From Eledone cirrhosa (lineage: Eukaryota): a stretch of DNA of 64,000 nucleotides. The translations under genes were made by a program, and so were the position numbers. The stretch lies in assembly GCA_964016885.1 (NCBI GenBank), contig OZ024748.1, positions 30,194,001 to 30,258,000 of the forward strand. Direction: 5' to 3'. Within the stretch, counting starts at the first letter, position 1. The number at the start of each line of letters is the position of its first letter. Shown one piece after another: positions 63,169 to 64,000 of this stretch. The notes below the pieces were generated by a model. It made no database searches, was not told the DNA's origin, and saw only the letters and a program-made list of their open reading frames with translations.

Positions 63169-64000
63169 TATGCTGACGATCTGGCTCTTATAGCAGAATC
63201 AGTAGAGGAGCTAGAGAATAAATTCCGGCTATGGAAACAGCAGTTGGAAGCAAGAGGACTGAGAGTAAATCTAGCTAAGACAAAAGTGTTGATGAGTAGA
63301 AAAGAGGACAAAACCCTGATTCCATCAGGGAAATGGCCATGTTCGATATGCAGAAAAGGAACTGGCATAAATTCTATAAAATGCACACAATGCAGGTCCT
63401 GGGTACACAAGAGATGTAGCGGGATAGCAGGCAAACTAACAGGGAGGGAGAAATATGTATGCAGTAGATGTACAGGGAAATTAGACAGTAGAAGTCGCAC
63501 TGATAGACACATTTTTCAAATGCGAGAGGGCGCTATAGAAGTGGTGGATAGCTTCCGGTACCTAGGAGATCAGATTAGCATGGGAGGAGGGTGTTCCGAG
63601 GCCATAGTATCTAGAATAAGGACGGGTTGGAAGAAGTTTAGGGAGCTGCTTCCTCTGTTGACGAAGAAGGGTTTCTCCCTGCGTACGAAAGGCCGGTTGT
63701 ATGATGCCTGTGTGAGGAGCGCGATGCTGCATGGTAGTGAGACATGGGCAGCAACCGCAGAGGATATGCGACGGCTGGAGAGAAATGAGGCAAGCATGCT
63801 CCGTTGGATGTGCAATGTAAATGTGCGTGAACGACCCAGCATAAATGTGTTGAGAGAGAAACTGTGTCTGAGAGGGATGGAATGTAGTGTACGGGAGAGG
63901 AGACTGAGGTGGTATGGACATGTGATGCGCATGGAGGATGACCGATGGGTGAAGAAGTGCCAGGAAATGCCAGTTGAAGGAAGACGTGGTAGAGGTAGAC
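63169..64000 (+). mobile_element. RTE LINE family B, 5'-truncated at YADD, runs off the window
   Basis: Near-identical to the reverse complement of 2570-3400; begins tat gct gac gat directly out of (TA)n. Confidence 0.92.

Overview
Eukaryotic, very AT-rich and repeat-dense genomic DNA. The (TA)n microsatellites, tRNA-derived SINEs and RTE LINEs suggest an octopod cephalopod (inference). Host genes: (1) three probable terminal exons of an unidentified + strand gene (13846-18937); (2) a complete 8-exon + strand gene (37697-50500, 270 aa) encoding signal peptide, a Cys-rich domain with one C2H2 zinc finger, and a C-terminal TM helix, an uncharacterised family also known from plants; (3) the last five coding exons of CCDC113/CFAP263 on the - strand (57633-61892), convergent with gene 2. 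Most of the rest is mobile DNA: several RTE-clade LINE families (three carry a PHD-type finger inside the RT C-terminal region and sit in TA microsatellites), Dong/R4, L1/Tx1, mariner, Chapaev-3-like and piggyBac-type MITE remnants, two SINE families and minisatellites. The most striking structures are a Naiad-like Penelope element (GIY-YIG) embedded in ~1.4-kb inverted repeats that carry four type-I hammerhead ribozyme motifs, and a perfect 113-bp palindrome that looks like a hammerhead folded back on its own stem II. Exon boundaries and ribozyme pairings were read by hand; repeat boundaries are approximate.
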